64,000 nt of DNA, taken from positions 5,084,001 through 5,148,000 of the forward strand of contig NC_086377.1 of the NCBI RefSeq assembly GCF_036588685.1. Reading direction: 5' to 3'. The DNA is from Mytilus trossulus (lineage: Eukaryota). The notes under the pieces were generated by a model, which was given only the letters and a program-made list of their open reading frames with translations, made no database searches and had not been told where the DNA came from. Of the stretch, positions 1 to 14,098 are shown piece after piece. How positions within the stretch are numbered: position 1 is the first letter of the stretch; each line of letters opens with the position of its first letter. The position numbers and the translations under genes are program-made.

Positions 1-141
1 TAGAACACTAGGCCACTGAGGCCCTGTAAACTACTGAAGTCTCTAATCTAGTGATGATATTATATTGAAACTCACTGCTACTTTTTGTAAATTTTCAGTC
101 TGTTCAACATGTTCACTTTTTCCCTTTACATTAAAACTGAC

Positions 142-901
142 CTTTTGTATAAATATTATAATATGTTGTGTCCCATTCCTCCACTTTAATATCACAAACT
201 GTAAAAAAACAACATCAACTTACATGTATTTACTTTAATATATTTCATTTCGTATAAAAAAGAAGATTTTTGGTATGATTGCAAATGAGGCAACATTTCA
301 CAAGAAACCATATGACACTGAAATTAAGAACTATAGGTCACTGTATGGCATCAACAATGAGTAAATCCCATACCACAAAGGCAGCTATAAAAAGCGCTGA
401 ATGACAAATGTAGTGTTTTGTTATTTGAAGTATTGAGTGTTGACTGCAATTCTTTCATTCATCATGGTGAGTAGGGAGTGCATGAAGAGATCCATTAACC
501 TTCAGTGCAGATCTTTGATGTGTCTTTTTTAATTGGAAAATTTATATAATAATTTAAATACATGTAACACCTCATTCAGCTCTTTTGTAGTTTCAGTTAA
601 ATTTATTAACAACATGATTATAGTTTGTTAAATTAAGGTTTCTGTTATTTTATTATATTGGGTGTTTGCTGTCTCAATAACCTATCCTCTTGCCTTACAT
701 CTCAGATGTGCAATGATGAGGCTCTATATGTATATATCATTTCTTACTTTGCTGACACAGTTTCTGCCATATAATATCAGTTCTACATATTGATCTTAGT
801 TGTGTACATGTTCGACTTAAACGTCCTATATCTCTGCCAGGTAAATCTTCAAGTATCCTGATGATAAGTTCTGGTGGTAAATTTGTTAAAAGTACTGTCA
901 T
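142..901 (-). CDS. FBXO31: FBXO31-like F-box protein, paralog 1, partial (first two coding exons; gene continues off the left edge)
   Basis: Exon 748-901 encodes MTVLLTNLPPELIIRILEDLPGRDIGRLSRTCTQLRSICRTDIIWQKLCQQ (F-box) with a GTAAGA donor. Exon 142-198 encodes ICDIKVEEWDTTYYNIYTK with AG acceptor and GTCAGT donor. Phases match, and both exons closely resemble the exons at 25666-26550. Confidence 0.85.
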
Positions 902-2509
902 ACTGACCACTAAATGTCATTATTTATCTAATTCACAGATGTCCTCATTCATTATCTGAAAAAATTATCACTGAACTAGTATATATACTTGTTTAGGGGA
1001 CAGCTGAAGGACCCCTTAGTTGCAGGAATTTCTTGCTGCATTGAAGACGGGGCCTGTTGGTTACCTTCTGCTGTTGTCTGTTCTATGGTCCGGTTGTCTC
1101 TTTGACACATTCCCCATTTCCATTCTCAATTTTAGAGATCAAAGTAGTCATCATTACAGATAAATATTTCAATACTTGGTTATCCAAATTATGCATGATA
1201 TGGATATAAAACTAAAGTAGACATTACACTAGTGACTTTGACAGTGGCGGATCCAGAACCTTTCCTAAGGGGGGCCCGCTCCAGTCATGCTTCAATGATT
1301 CCCTATATAATCAACCTATGCTATGAGTTACTGACACAATTATCAAATTTAAATTTCAATTATGATGTTGATTATATGGTGGGGGTCTTACTTCCTATAT
1401 TTTTAGTGATATGAGTGTGCTGCAAAACAAGGTCTGTTTTTCATGTCCTGCTGGTGAGAACAGGGTCTTTTTTTAAAACAAAGTACAGGATCCCATATTT
1501 AACATGTTTAACTGTTTGAGATACAGTCTACAACCCAGGTCTAGAACAGCATCAGTATTTTATACAGTCTAGAACAGGGACGGTATACATTTTCTGAGCA
1601 TGTCTAGAACAGGGTATGAATTTCAATGTTTTCTGATTAGAGCAGGGTATGATTTGGCAAGTGCTGTCGGCACATTTATACCCTTAAGGGTAGTCAGTAA
1701 CCCCCCTCAGGCAGGTTGAAGGGATCATGAACGCTGCGTCCTTCTATTTCTGGCTAACAAGACCACTGTATTGTGCATGTTGTGTGTAAATACTTATTAT
1801 AAATAATTTAAATTTGTAACAACATGAACAAAGGCTTATTTTTATATTTCATTCTTCAATTTACCTAGTTGTAGATTGCTCTGATGTACAATGGCTGTTT
1901 TGCAGGGTAAGGGTCACACAGCACTAAGTCGAAATAAATATGAGGTTTGGCAAGGCTATTTAATATTTTTCGGGGACGCGTACCACCGTCCCAGCAGAGC
2001 TTGGACAGCCATTAGACGTTAGAGTCTCTGACTTTTATGGAAGAAGTGACATATTATGAAGCAACATCATGGCCTTTGTATTACTACTAGGTTTTATAAA
2101 ACTATCTATAAGCATGATAAGGTGTGAACTTAAATTATCTGACAGCATAAAAATCCAGTTTTAATCCAGTTTTTACACTGTTGGTGTAGTTTTTCAGATT
2201 AATATACAAATCCATTTACAAATATACATTTATATATCATGTAGGTCGATCTGTCTTAAGGTTGTCATTTTTCTAGACGTACTTATCATAGACATATCAT
2301 ATTTATTTCTCAGTGACAGATGCAAAACAAAAATGTACAGGAAGATGATAGGTGAAAATAATACACGAAATCGGATGACAAATTTTTATTTCCGGAATAT
2401 CAACTTTCGCATGGAGCAGGATCTGTAACCAGGTAACCTGGTACTCGGCTGACTTCTACACTTTGTTCATAGGTAGTGAAGCGAAATACAAGCGGATTCC
2501 ATTCGAACC

Positions 2510-4781
2510 GGTCCGTGTAACACTTATCATTTCAAAGTTTTAAAAAGTTTTAAAATTTTAGATTTTTGGAATTTTGATCAAAGTTTTAAAATATCAAAAT
2601 TTCAATTTTGAAATTTTAACCAAATTATTAAAATATCAAAATTCTAAATATCGTTTATAAATTTGATAGTTTAGAAATTTGATCAAACTTTTAAAATACT
2701 AAACCTAATGTGCAATTTTGATTATTTCACTTTTTGAAAGTTTAATTTTTTAAATGTTTGCTTTTAAAAAAAATCAAAATAGAAAAGGGGCGACAAGAGG
2801 GGTACCTGCAATCACGGATGTAAACACGGCTCTGAGAAGAATTATTTTTAGTTATAAATAAATAGCATGGAATATATCAAATCATTCTTAATAACAAAAT
2901 AAATAATGAAAAGAAGAAGTCGGGTTTTTTTTATGAAACATATTAGACATCACATGGGATAACAGTATCCTGAAATTTTAAGGTTGTGCATCTATCAAAA
3001 AAAAAAAAAAAAATTAAACCTATTTAAACCGGAATCAACTACGTTAATTCAAATCTCTTATATAAGGTTAGCGTTTGAGATAAATAATTCAAAGCTATTT
3101 TGTGTTCCCAGTGCCCAACATTTAGAAGTATCAGTGAAAAATGACCAACTCGCAGTAAACCATATAGTATTATTCGCCTTTTTGACGTTCCATAAAAAAT
3201 CCATAATGCAGCTGACAGTGTGGCTTCTCTTTGCACGCACCATTCTGACTGGGTGTACATGTGAACTTTTAGTTTGCTAAAAGTCGATTGTCGTACGATA
3301 ACTTCAAAATACACAAATAACAAAATGCAAATACGGGACAGTAATATCCTTTAATACAAAAAAATCTATTCCCTTTGTTTACTATAATAAAACAGTGGTT
3401 GATTTAGAACCTATAATGGAGCTACGTGTATGATAACCAGTCCAAACGTTGTCTTTAAGGTAGCAACCATGTAACTTTAAAAGTGGGGTGAGGTTGTTTT
3501 GTCGAAGCGCTAACAATTTTATTAAGTTTTTCATCGCCATCAATCAACTTGTCTGGTTCAAAATTTAACACTAAAGGCATGGATAATTTTTCTTTTGTCC
3601 TCTTCTGGCACAGAATATTATATCATCAAATTAGGGATCAGAATATTTTAATGTACCATTATCGAAGCCCCTAGTGGTAGTATCAAGTAAAAAACAGGTA
3701 CTATCTAAATATTGGTTCCCCAGAAGATTACTATGATGAGTTTTTGTAGATACCTTGTAACAGTATCTTGGCTCCAATTTGCTGATATTGGATCCTATTA
3801 CCGTTTTAATTTCAGCGTAAAAAAGATTATATTAAAAACCTCCCACACTGTGGTCTAGCACAACCTTAAACCATGCATTCAGTATCATGAAGCGCTTTTC
3901 TTGATCGACCTCCTTACGGAACGCTTAAAGCTGAATATTTAGGGCAAACAACTTACAAAGAACAGATAAAAACGTTTAAGATGATCTTTCATTTTGTACA
4001 TGAAATGATGTATTCTTTAGCCAACATGATTGCAGAAAGTAAGTCGTAAAGCAAAACAGAAAAAAATGAATCAAGAGATAATACATCGTGTATTGGGCCT
4101 TTTTATGGCTTAGAGTTCAGTAGAAAATGTATATACATGCTCAACATTACCATACTATATGACCTACTGCAAGTTGTTCAGTTTTTACTGTTACTCCTGT
4201 TTCTCCTAAAATATGGGTGCTAGAAAAACCAGCAGGTAAAATGGTCAATACCAGAGCCGTACTTCTGGTTTTGAAATGAATTATCTTCTTTTAAGAAATA
4301 TTAATTTTGTCATCCAATTTTTCACCGCTTTCAACTGTCCGTTTTATTTCATACATACACTTTTAAGTATCAGTATGTTTTTAATTCATATTGTTTCGCT
4401 TCGTTTCGCTTTTTACAGGTATCCCTCTTATTGCCTCTTTTCTATTTTTATATTTTAAGCAAACATTTAAAAAATCCAACTTTCAAAAAGTGAAATAATC
4501 AAAATTGCGCGTAAGGGTTAGTATTTTAAAAGTTTGGTCAAATTTCTAAACTATCAAATTTATAAACGATATTTAGAATTTTGATATTTTAATAATTTGG
4601 TCAAATTTCTAAACTATCAAATTTATAAACGATATTTAGAATTTTGATATTTTAATAATTTGGTTAAAATTTCAAAATTTCAAAACTTTAACACAATTTC
4701 AAATTTTGATATTTTAAAACTTTGATCAAAATTCAAAAAATCTAAAATTTCAAAACTTTTTAAAACTTTGAATTGATAAGT
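2510..4781. mobile_element. Foldback/long-TIR non-autonomous DNA element
   Basis: AT-rich imperfect inverted arms at ~2522-2810 and ~4413-4781. Absent from copy 2 (empty site near 28118-28165). Flanked by a 47-bp direct repeat (2463-2509, 4781-4827). Confidence 0.75.
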
Positions 4782-5049
4782 TGTTCATAGGTAGTGAAGC
4801 GAAATACAAGCGGATTCCATTCGAACCCTTAGGTTACTACTGATTTTTGTGGGTTTCGTGTTGCTGAGTCATATCATAATTTTCCTTAAATTGCATGTTA
4901 AAAGTATTAAAAACTGTGAACGTCCCTTGTAAAAGTCAAAATAAAACATGTAAACCTCCTCTGTAAAAACACATAAAGACTTAAAAAAAAAATTTCGTTG
5001 TGTTACGATTGTTAATTTATTCTTCATGTATATATTATTTTTATTTTTT

Positions 5050-6158
5050 TGGTGGTGGAACTGTTCGACAAACGAAAGTATGGTTACCCTATAATGGGTG
5101 TAAAGATCCAGAGAAGAAGAAGAAGTTCAGTATGTATACCAAGGAATTGTATATTTAAAAGGATGCTATATAATGCGGGGTTCACACATTGCCGATTATT
5201 GCTCCCGATTGAGATCAGACAGCAATACGACACGAAAAGTGAAAAAGTCGGATTAGTATCCTCAATTATCTGGAATGTCCTATCATTGTCTGAACGCATT
5301 CGTTTTAGTTCGTAACAGATTCCTACGGATCGGGAAGGGTCCGAATAGTTCGGCAAAGCATCCCGACAGTTAGGTGCGTCCCGTAACATTCGGGGCAACT
5401 CAACCGATTTTGTCTAGTCGGATTACAATCGTGGCTATGTTGTGACAGATTCTGCTGTGTCGGATCGAATTCCGAACAATGTCTTGTGTATTCTGGACGG
5501 TGTCCTGTGGAACGGGAATGATCCGGAGTAATTTTTCATAGTTGTTTTTCTGCCGATTGAGTCCAGATTGCATCCCGATTGCGAACCGTTTTTTGCCGAA
5601 ACCGTTCCGAAACAGTCCCTTTATTAATACGAAATTCGTCAATGATACCCACGTCAGAGTCCCGACAATTACAGAATACAATACGACTGAGACCGGACAA
5701 AGCCGTTTACAATGCGATAGAGCGGACTATGATAGGATTACGTTCCGACAGTACTTGATCATCCCGAATATGCCGACAGTTTTCGAACGGATAACTTCCG
5801 TCAGCGTCGGTTCACTGTCCGGTCACTGTCTGATCTCAGTCGGATAACATTCGGTAGAGTCGGGACGCAGTCGTGACAGACTCGGTCGAATTTTACCTGG
5901 CGAAAAATACAAATCGGATTAGAAGCGGATTCAGAACGGTATTATCGGGACTAATTCGCTTAGAAACGGTTGAATATCGGTGCTTCCTGAATACTATCTG
6001 ATTGTTGTCGTGATCAAATTATTTTTTTTACAAATTTTAATTTAAGTTTGAATTTCCATCCACGATTCACAGGATCTTGATCAGACTTTTAATAAATCTT
6101 AATCGGGAATGGTCCTATCAAGAACGGTAGTAAAAAACGTGAATGTGTGACCCCAGCT
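5050..6158. mobile_element. Truncated DNA transposon remnant, possibly PIF/Harbinger-like
   Basis: CG-rich insert absent from copy 2. Right end ...gaatgtgtgaccccagct|taa looks like a TIR end at a TAA site; no matching left end found. Confidence 0.45.
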
Positions 6159-6805
6159 TAACCAGTGTAATTTTCTGATAATATGGTTGAAATTTTTATA
6201 TTTTTGTCAAAGGGTCAGTTGAAAGAAAATACCCTGTAAAAAATTTATGTAAATTAAACGAGCCAAATCAATTTTAGCGAAAGTGTTGGGTATCATGTAC
6301 CTTAAAATTAGTTTCGCGGTATTCAAGTTCAACAAATATTAGACCATAAATAACGGATTTATAAGTCTTCAAGTAAAATTAGCATTACTTATGTCTTCAT
6401 TTGTTGAATGATTTTTTTTTTACAATATAAGCTGAAACTGTAAAGTGTAATTTATTAAATACAATTTTATGGCTTCTCTACAATTGCACACTAGCAGCAA
6501 TTACTAGAAAACAGGGTTTGGGCAGAATACTCTTACCAGGAAAAAGTAAAATCACAAAAATACTGAACTCCAAGGAAAAGTGTTCTTGTTATAAACTATT
6601 CAAAATAATTTACCAAAATTTATCGACATCTTGCAAAACCAAAACACGTACTTGAAAAACATAAGTTGCAAAAAAGCGTTCGGACTCGAACTATTTAAAA
6701 AAATATATGCATTTTCGTCAGTATAATAATGATTACATGGATTATTACTACACGCAATAAAACTAACTTTACATTGCAGTATTCTTACCATAATAATTAA
6801 GAGTG

Positions 6806-9562
6806 CATTTCTTTCTAACCAAAATTTTGTGAACGTTGTTTTGCGTTTTTACTCGTTTGCTAAACGCTATAAAAGAAGAAACAAATACATCTTTTAATAA
6901 ATGTTTTGATCATTTCTTTTTAACACAAACGACGCAAAAGGCTAAGCGCGCAGATGTTTTGATCATTTCTTTCTAACACAAACCATGCAAACGGCTAAGC
7001 GCGCACATGTTTTGATCATTTCTTTCTAACACAAACGATGCAAACAGCTAAGCGCGCAGATGTTTTGATCATTTCTTTCTAACGCAAACGATGCAAACGG
7101 CTAAGCGCGCACATGTTTTGAATCTTTTGATTATTTTTTTTAAACACAAACGATGCAAACGGCTAAGCGCGCACATGTTTTGATCATTTCTTTCTAACAC
7201 AAACGATGCAAACGGCTAAGCGCGCACATGTTTTGATCATTTCTTTCTAACACAAACGATGCAAACGGCTAAGCGCGCAGATGTTTTGATAATTTCTTTC
7301 TAACACAAACGACGCAAACGGCTAAGCGCGCAGATGTTTTGATCATTTCTTTCTAACACAAACGATGCAAACGGCTAAGCGCGCACATGTATTGATCATT
7401 TCTTTCTAACACAAACGATGCAAACGGCTAAGCGCGCAGATGTTTTGATCATTTCTTTCTAACACAAACGATGCAAACGGCTAAGCGCGCACATGTTTTG
7501 AATCTTTTGATTATTTTTTTAAAACACAAACGATGCAAACGGCTAAGCGCGCACATGTTTTGATTATTTCTTTCTTACACAAACGAAGCAAACGGCTAAG
7601 CGCGCACATGTTTTGATCATTTCTTTCTTACACAAACGATGCAAACGGCTAAGCGCGCACATGTTTTGATCATTCATTTTTAACACAAACTATGCAAACG
7701 GCTAAGCGTGCACATGTTTTGATCATTTCTTTCCAAGACATACGATGCAAACCGATAAGCGTGCACATGTTTTGATCATTTCTTTCCAACACAAACGATG
7801 CAAACGACTAAGCGCGCACATATTTTGATCATTTCTTTCCCGTGCACACAAGCAATGCAAACCGCTAAGCGTGCACATGTTTTGATCATTTCTTTCAAGT
7901 ATTGTGACAGTTTTGTATTATTTTCGTTTTTATTTATTTTATTAAAAAAGTTTGAATTTTGAAACTTATAGGTGTCAGTCGATCCCGGCCTGCCTCATCA
8001 TCGGCAACAAAGCCCGGCGGCTTGCCTTAAGGGCATACGATACAGTTTTGATCCATTGTAAAATTAGTAGTAGACACAATGATTTCTATTCATATCATAG
8101 ATATTCTTTCCCAGTGGCAACCTCTTTTTTCTGACATTCACCACAAATCTTTTACTTTGTAGGACCCACTGACTGAGCAATAGATTTATTCTATACTGAA
8201 TTTCAGATGTCCTTAATATTGCATGAAATACTTGCCACTGAACGTTGAGAAGAGAACAATTTATCAATTAACATATTTTAAAGATATTTCGTGTATGTCA
8301 ATAACAGTGTGTACTTATCATAGTAAATGACAATAAATTATTATTGATTCATTTTCACTTGTAGACAATAGAAATTCATTGTAGAGAATTTCTTCTCTCG
8401 TTTTTACTATGTTTTATTTATTCGTATTCTCTAAAATTTTGAGCAATAAGTGGTCAACAAAAGAATAATGAAACATGATTAAAAAATAAGCAAAATGAAT
8501 ATCGATAATAAATTTTATATAAAAGATATATCCTCGCCTACCGAAACAAGGATTGAAATCATGATAATTTTAATCTGAAACGTTTGATACTTTACAACAA
8601 GAAGTAGTTTAACTTTATACAATCATATAGCCGCTGCTCGGAGATTTTATTTATTTCTTTATTAATTTGTACACGCTTTGTTTTTATTTTTATTTTCTTT
8701 GGGTGCCGTTGTTTTGCCGTTTATATAATGATTTGAGAGGTGTTTTTTTTTTACAGTATCCTACCAATTACCTAATAAAAAAAGGAGAGTAAATATTTTA
8801 GTATTTTATAGGTGATTAAGAATCGTTTATGCATTTCACTTGACAAAGATAAAACAAAGTCGCCTTCAAAGCTAATATCAAAGCTAGTATAGCAGTTGGT
8901 ATATTATTTTCAATTTATTTTAAGCCGACAAGAAAGATAAAAAAAAATATATTCCAAGGTTGAAAGTTGTATTTTTAAATAACGTTTTATTAAAAACATC
9001 GTTTATGACAATCTTAGAGCAATAACTTCCGTAAAACTACTTATACATCGCTTTTCATAATTATGGCTACATTGACGCGGGAAAAAAACTATGGACGGCG
9101 GGAAAGCGCAGTTCTACAGAGAGGCACAAGTTTTGCAACGTCACAGATAAGAAACGTCAAGATGCTTTTGGCGCGACAAAGCAAGAAAAAAACTCGGCAG
9201 CAAGAGGATTAACAGCGGCAATACCAAATACCATCCAAGGCATTGTACACGACTAGTTCTCCCACAAAATGTAAGATTCCAGACTCAGCTCTCACAGATG
9301 TAGTTCATATTTCGAGAGGCCAAGAGAAAAGAGCAACAAGAAGAACAAACTACAGTACAGAAATAACACCTTCTATTTTTTTGTTATAATACAAGCATAC
9401 GTTTGCAAAGTTTACATAAACTTTGACAAACGATGCAAACGATAAAAATGCGTCTGCAGTGTGTCGTTTGTTAAACGATGTACTTGTTTCTACTTTTGTA
9501 GCGTTTAGAAAGCAACAACAAACGCGACACAACGTTTACAAAATTTTGGTTAGAAAGATATG
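6806..9562. mobile_element. TIR element carrying a 53-bp satellite
   Basis: ~80-bp imperfect TIRs (ctttctaaccaaaattttgt... / ...acaaaattttggttagaaag). Second copy at ~32477-33630 has a ~1.2-kb internal deletion. Confidence 0.65.
6900..7897. repeat. 53-bp tandem repeat (~18 units)
   Basis: Unit tgttttgatcatttctttctaacacaaacgatgcaaacggctaagcgcgcaca. Confidence 0.95.
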
Positions 9563-9681
9563 AGACCTGTATTTCATATGTATGAAAAGGTGTAGCCTAT
9601 GATTAAGATTATTACTTACAGTGTTTTGGGATTTTTGCTTATACTGTTGATAACAATAACATTAACGGTACCAACTTTCCT

Positions 9682-9725
9682 GCACCAGATGCGCATTTCG
9701 ACAATACATGTCTCTTTAGTGATAC
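9682..9725 (-). ncRNA. Degenerate minimal hammerhead ribozyme (core mutated); paralogous copy at 33750-33793
   Basis: Minus strand GUAUCA-CUAAAGA-GACA(UGUAU)UGUC-GAAA-UGCGCA-UC-UGGUGC; the CUGANGA box is mutated. Confidence 0.55.
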
Positions 9726-12419
9726 TCGTGGTCGAAATATTTGAATTCCAAAGCTTAAATAAAAGATAACCACGGGGACCGAGAACACAGTTATTTCGTA
9801 TTGCATTTCTTTTTGATAATAAATTCAAATAAAAAAAACCCATCAAAATTGCACTAACTCAAAAAGAACTTCACAGTGTAGTGTACTACAATTTGGAAAA
9901 ATAAAATCAAAGTTATAGAAAGGTCTACCAGCTCTAACTCAAAATACTGACAATTCTGTGTTAACGGGTCTAAAATTCCTTTTGAAATATTCAGACATAC
10001 TAATTTGACCAAATCACTACTTGAAAGAAAGATTCAGCACCCAATTAAAAAAAATGTAATTTCATAATATTAATATTTCATGCATTAAGAAATAAAGTTG
10101 GAAAGTTCCCAGACTTCACGTTCATCATATAATAGCTTCATATACGAAATTTAGTTGACCTGTTTCATACAGTATTTTAAAAAGACCAAAAATTAAAAAA
10201 GAAACCTTTTTTTTTTACCTCTGAACCATGAGAATGATGTCAAGGTTATATGACACCTTCAAGTTAGACAAGTACAGCTTATAATCATTCAATACGCAAA
10301 ATATGTTAGACCTATTGGCATTGAATATTTTATCTGGTATATGGTCAATAAAAACAGTCATGACGAACAGGAGGACCTTGCGAGGTACGCAAAGACTAAA
10401 TATAATTATTATATTACTCATAGTAAGAAAGAAATTGATTAAAATTAAAAAGGAAATACTCTAATCAAATGGAAAGAACATCAAAAGCTCCAAAAATATC
10501 AAACGAATTGATAACATCTTGTCATATTCCAAGAACAAAAATATTAATTTGAAAAATCCCGGTGTCCCTTCTATTGATAAGTAAGTAGTACTGATATGAC
10601 CGTATATGTCAAACTCTAGGTAACGGTATAACACCCAGGTGGAGGAAGCTGTGTCTATTGTTTCTTTAATTTCATGTTCTCAATCTGTGGAATATATCAA
10701 TGGAACCTAATTAGAATTCAAGATTGGATTGTTAATGAAAAGAACGTCATCAAAATATCTGAAAGTGAAATTAAATGATCTGGGTTCTTCGAACTTATTC
10801 GACATGTGGTGTTGTGTTGTCATTTTGATGTTATATGTCACATGGCCACAACAGAGGGAGGTTTGGCATGCCACAAAACCAGGTTCAACCCACCATTTTT
10901 TCCTTTAAAAATATCCTGTACCAAGTCGGGAATATGGCTATTGTTATCTTATTGTTCGTATCTGTGTGTGTTACACTTTAACATTGCGTCGTTTGTTTTC
11001 TCTTATTTTTGAGTGTGAATTCACATTGCGATAAGACGTGTCACGGTACTTGTCTATCCCAAATTCATGTATTTAGTTTTGATGTTATATTTGTTATTCT
11101 CGTGGGATTTTGTCTGATGCTTGGTCCGTTTCTGTGTGTGTTACATTTTAGTGTTGTGTCTTTGTTCTCCTCTTATATTCAATGCGTTTCCCTCGATTTT
11201 AGTTTATTACCCCGATTTATGAGTTTTGAACAGCAGTATACTACTGTTGCCTTTATTTAATGTTTTTGACAAGACTTAGTGTCTGGGGAAACTCCAATTT
11301 TATATGAGGTCAATGACAATAATCAAATGACGGACGGAAAGTAAGTAACATAAGGCATCTATATTTTAAGTATAACGCATCCAGGTCTCCACTTTCTAAA
11401 TTATAAAGTTTTTAATAAGTTTACTAACGCTATCTTCTGCGCCGGATCACTATCCCTGTGTCCAGCGTTCTGCGACAAACATTGCAGGCTCGATAAAAAT
11501 GCATACGAATAAATTGTTTTTCAGCTTAATTATAACGTCATGATTAATTTGTTTTATTCCAATCATACTCCTGCGCGTTCTGCCTTTTAAGAATGAGCTA
11601 CCAAAGGTCAATTGGCGACAAATGCGCTATTGAAGGATTAAGTAATGATATAATTATTCAAAGGAAAATGCTTGAATGCAAAACTGAAATTCGTGGAAAA
11701 ATGGAAAGATTAACTTACAATGATACATGAAATAATCATTTGAATAAGTTCAAACATGTCTGTGTACTTTCACCTATCTATTAGAAATGCATTGGGTCTT
11801 AAATTAATAATGAATTGATCACGAGTTTGCACTTTATGCCGTTATGTTACCTTTTGCTATCCAGCTCCTTTTCATTGAATTATTTTGCAAATATTGTTAC
11901 AAGTAAAAGGCTTAGCTAGCTATAAAACCAGGTTAATTCCACCATTTACTACATCACAAAACAAGGGTGATTTCAGGTGCTCCGGAAGGGGAAGCAAATC
12001 ATGTTCCACATATGGTATCCGTCGTGTTGTTCAAGTTGTTACAAAGGCGGTAAAATAGTCTAATTCGGCAGGTCACATTCGTGAAAAGGGAAGGGGATTG
12101 TAATTACACATAACGACATAACGAGCAAATCTGGTATCATCTGTATAACGAATATTCTATAACAGTCAATCTGGCTGACTATATATATTGTACCATCAAT
12201 TTTAAGTTAGACAGGTTAGATTTCGTTCAAGATATAGTCACCAATCTTTGAATTACTTAGTAAAAGGACATCATCTTAATAACGGAACGTTGAACTACAT
12301 GATCATCAAATTGAGAAAGGAAATGGGAATGTGTCAAAGGAACATCAACCTGACCATAGAGCAGACAACATTTATGCATTTATTGTATTTGACAAAAAGC
12401 TCTGTAAAACACAATCAAT

Positions 12420-13530
12420 AACCAAGAATACACACGCTGAAATGTCCCGCCTTCTTTACTAACCATTGCTTTTATGTTAATAGTCCTAAATATGAAGCTT
12501 TACTAAAAGTATCAAATAGAATTAACATCCAAGATAATGAGGTCAAGGTCAGATAAACCATCGATATTTACACCTTACATTTCTTCAATAGACAAAACAT
12601 AGTATACCTATTGCTTATGGTTTCTAAGAAATAGACTTTACCAAGAAAACATTTGACCAATGAACCATCAAAATGAGGTAAAGGTCAAATGAACCAAGCC
12701 AGACCATACAATCAATCTATGCATTAAATATAGTTAACCTATTGCTTATAGCATCTTAGAAACAAACGTAACCATAAAAACTTAACATTGACCAATGAAC
12801 CATGAAAATGAGGTCAAGGTCAGATGATAACTACTAGACAAACATTAATCGAGAATTACTGATGGTTCTTTTGTGAACAAAACGCGTGTGTGATGTAAAT
12901 ACAAATTTTAATCCTGGTAACTATGATGAGTTTATTTACAGAATACAATATTTCCATATGCAACATATAGTTGATCTTTTTCATAAAGTGTTAAAAAAAA
13001 GAACACAAAAACTCATCAACTTAACATTGACCACTGAATCATGAAAATAAGGTCAAGATCAGATGACACATGCCTGTTGGAAATATACACCTTACAATCA
13101 TTCCATACACCAAATAAGAAGACATACTGTTATATGGACTAGATCACGAAACTTTAACCTTGTTCACTGATCCATGAAATCAGGTCTAGGTCAAATGAAA
13201 ACAGTCTGACGGACAAGAGGACCTTACAAGGTACACACATACTAAATATAGTTATCCTTTCACTTAGAATAAGAAAGAAATTAACATTACATCAAATCTT
13301 GTATTTTTTTAGCGGTCACTGACCCACAAAATGAGGTCAAGGACAAATGACATATGACAGACAGAAACTTCGTAACATAAGGCATCTATACAGAAAGTAT
13401 GAGGCTTGAAGTTCTTCCACCTTCTAAAATATTAAGCTTTTAATAAATTAATTAAAGCCGCGGCCATGGCAGCTGCTGCCAGTCACTATCACTAGGTCGA
13501 TCTTTCTGAGAGAAAAGTTGCAGGCTAGAC
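12420..13530 (+). mobile_element. Helitron/Helentron-associated (HINE-type) non-autonomous repeat with internal tandem core
   Basis: Recurring gaaaatgaggtcaaggtcaga core units, a GACA/GCC microsatellite and a 3' imperfect hairpin before an A-run; related fragments near 10330-10400 and 11270-11495. Confidence 0.55.
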
Positions 13531-13938
13531 AAAAAAGATTTATATTTGGAATTCAAAATATAATGCTGGAAAAAACAAAACTGCCTTGTACTACAATATT
13601 GTGTTTGGATTCAAGAGACACTGACAAGTTAAGTGATTACAAGCTTTTAGTTCAGACACTCGTTAAGTAATATTTTTATTTATTTTATTATTCTGTACAA
13701 AAATCAGGGCCGTTAGTTTTCTTGTTTGAATTGTTTTGCATTGGTCATTTGGTTGTATGGTATTGTTCCTAGTAAGGCGACCTGAAATTGTTAATGTCTA
13801 CATTATTTGTTGTCAGTGGATAGTTGTCTTATTGACAATAATACCACATCCTCTAATTCTTAGAATAGACAATTATGTTTTTGTAGTTTTAGTTGTAAAA
13901 TAACAGTAAATATTTTGTTAAATTAATTTTTAATTGTC

Positions 13939-14098
13939 TTATATGTTGAAATCTTTTATTCTGTAGAAACCATCCATGTCCCAAAACTTGAACCATAAAA
14001 CAAAGAAAACGTCATGGGCCTCAAAAGGCACAAAATGGACTGAAATAAGGTCTGGATCCCTGTAATCGTCACCTGCAATACGTCCTCTGGCAAAATAT
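13939..14098 (-). CDS. FBXO31: FBXO31-like alternative terminal exon B (distal)
   Basis: tttatttacag acceptor, phase 2; open frame (R)YFARGRIAGDDYRDPDLISVHFVPFEAHDVFFVLWFKFWDMDGFYRIKDFNI*. Confidence 0.8.

Larger units (their letters stand above)
137..10106. repeat. Segmental duplication, copy 1 (paralogous to 25661-34178)
   Basis: Colinear high-identity sequence covering exons, introns, upstream region and satellite. Homology stops after ...aataaagttggaaagt at 10106 and 34178. Confidence 0.9.

Noticed and set aside
5049-5847. Four ORFs of 88-104 aa on both strands
   Set aside because: No recognisable domain; they lie in a GC-richer transposon remnant.
6900-7897. Possible CRISPR array
   Set aside because: Head-to-tail satellite with no unique spacers.
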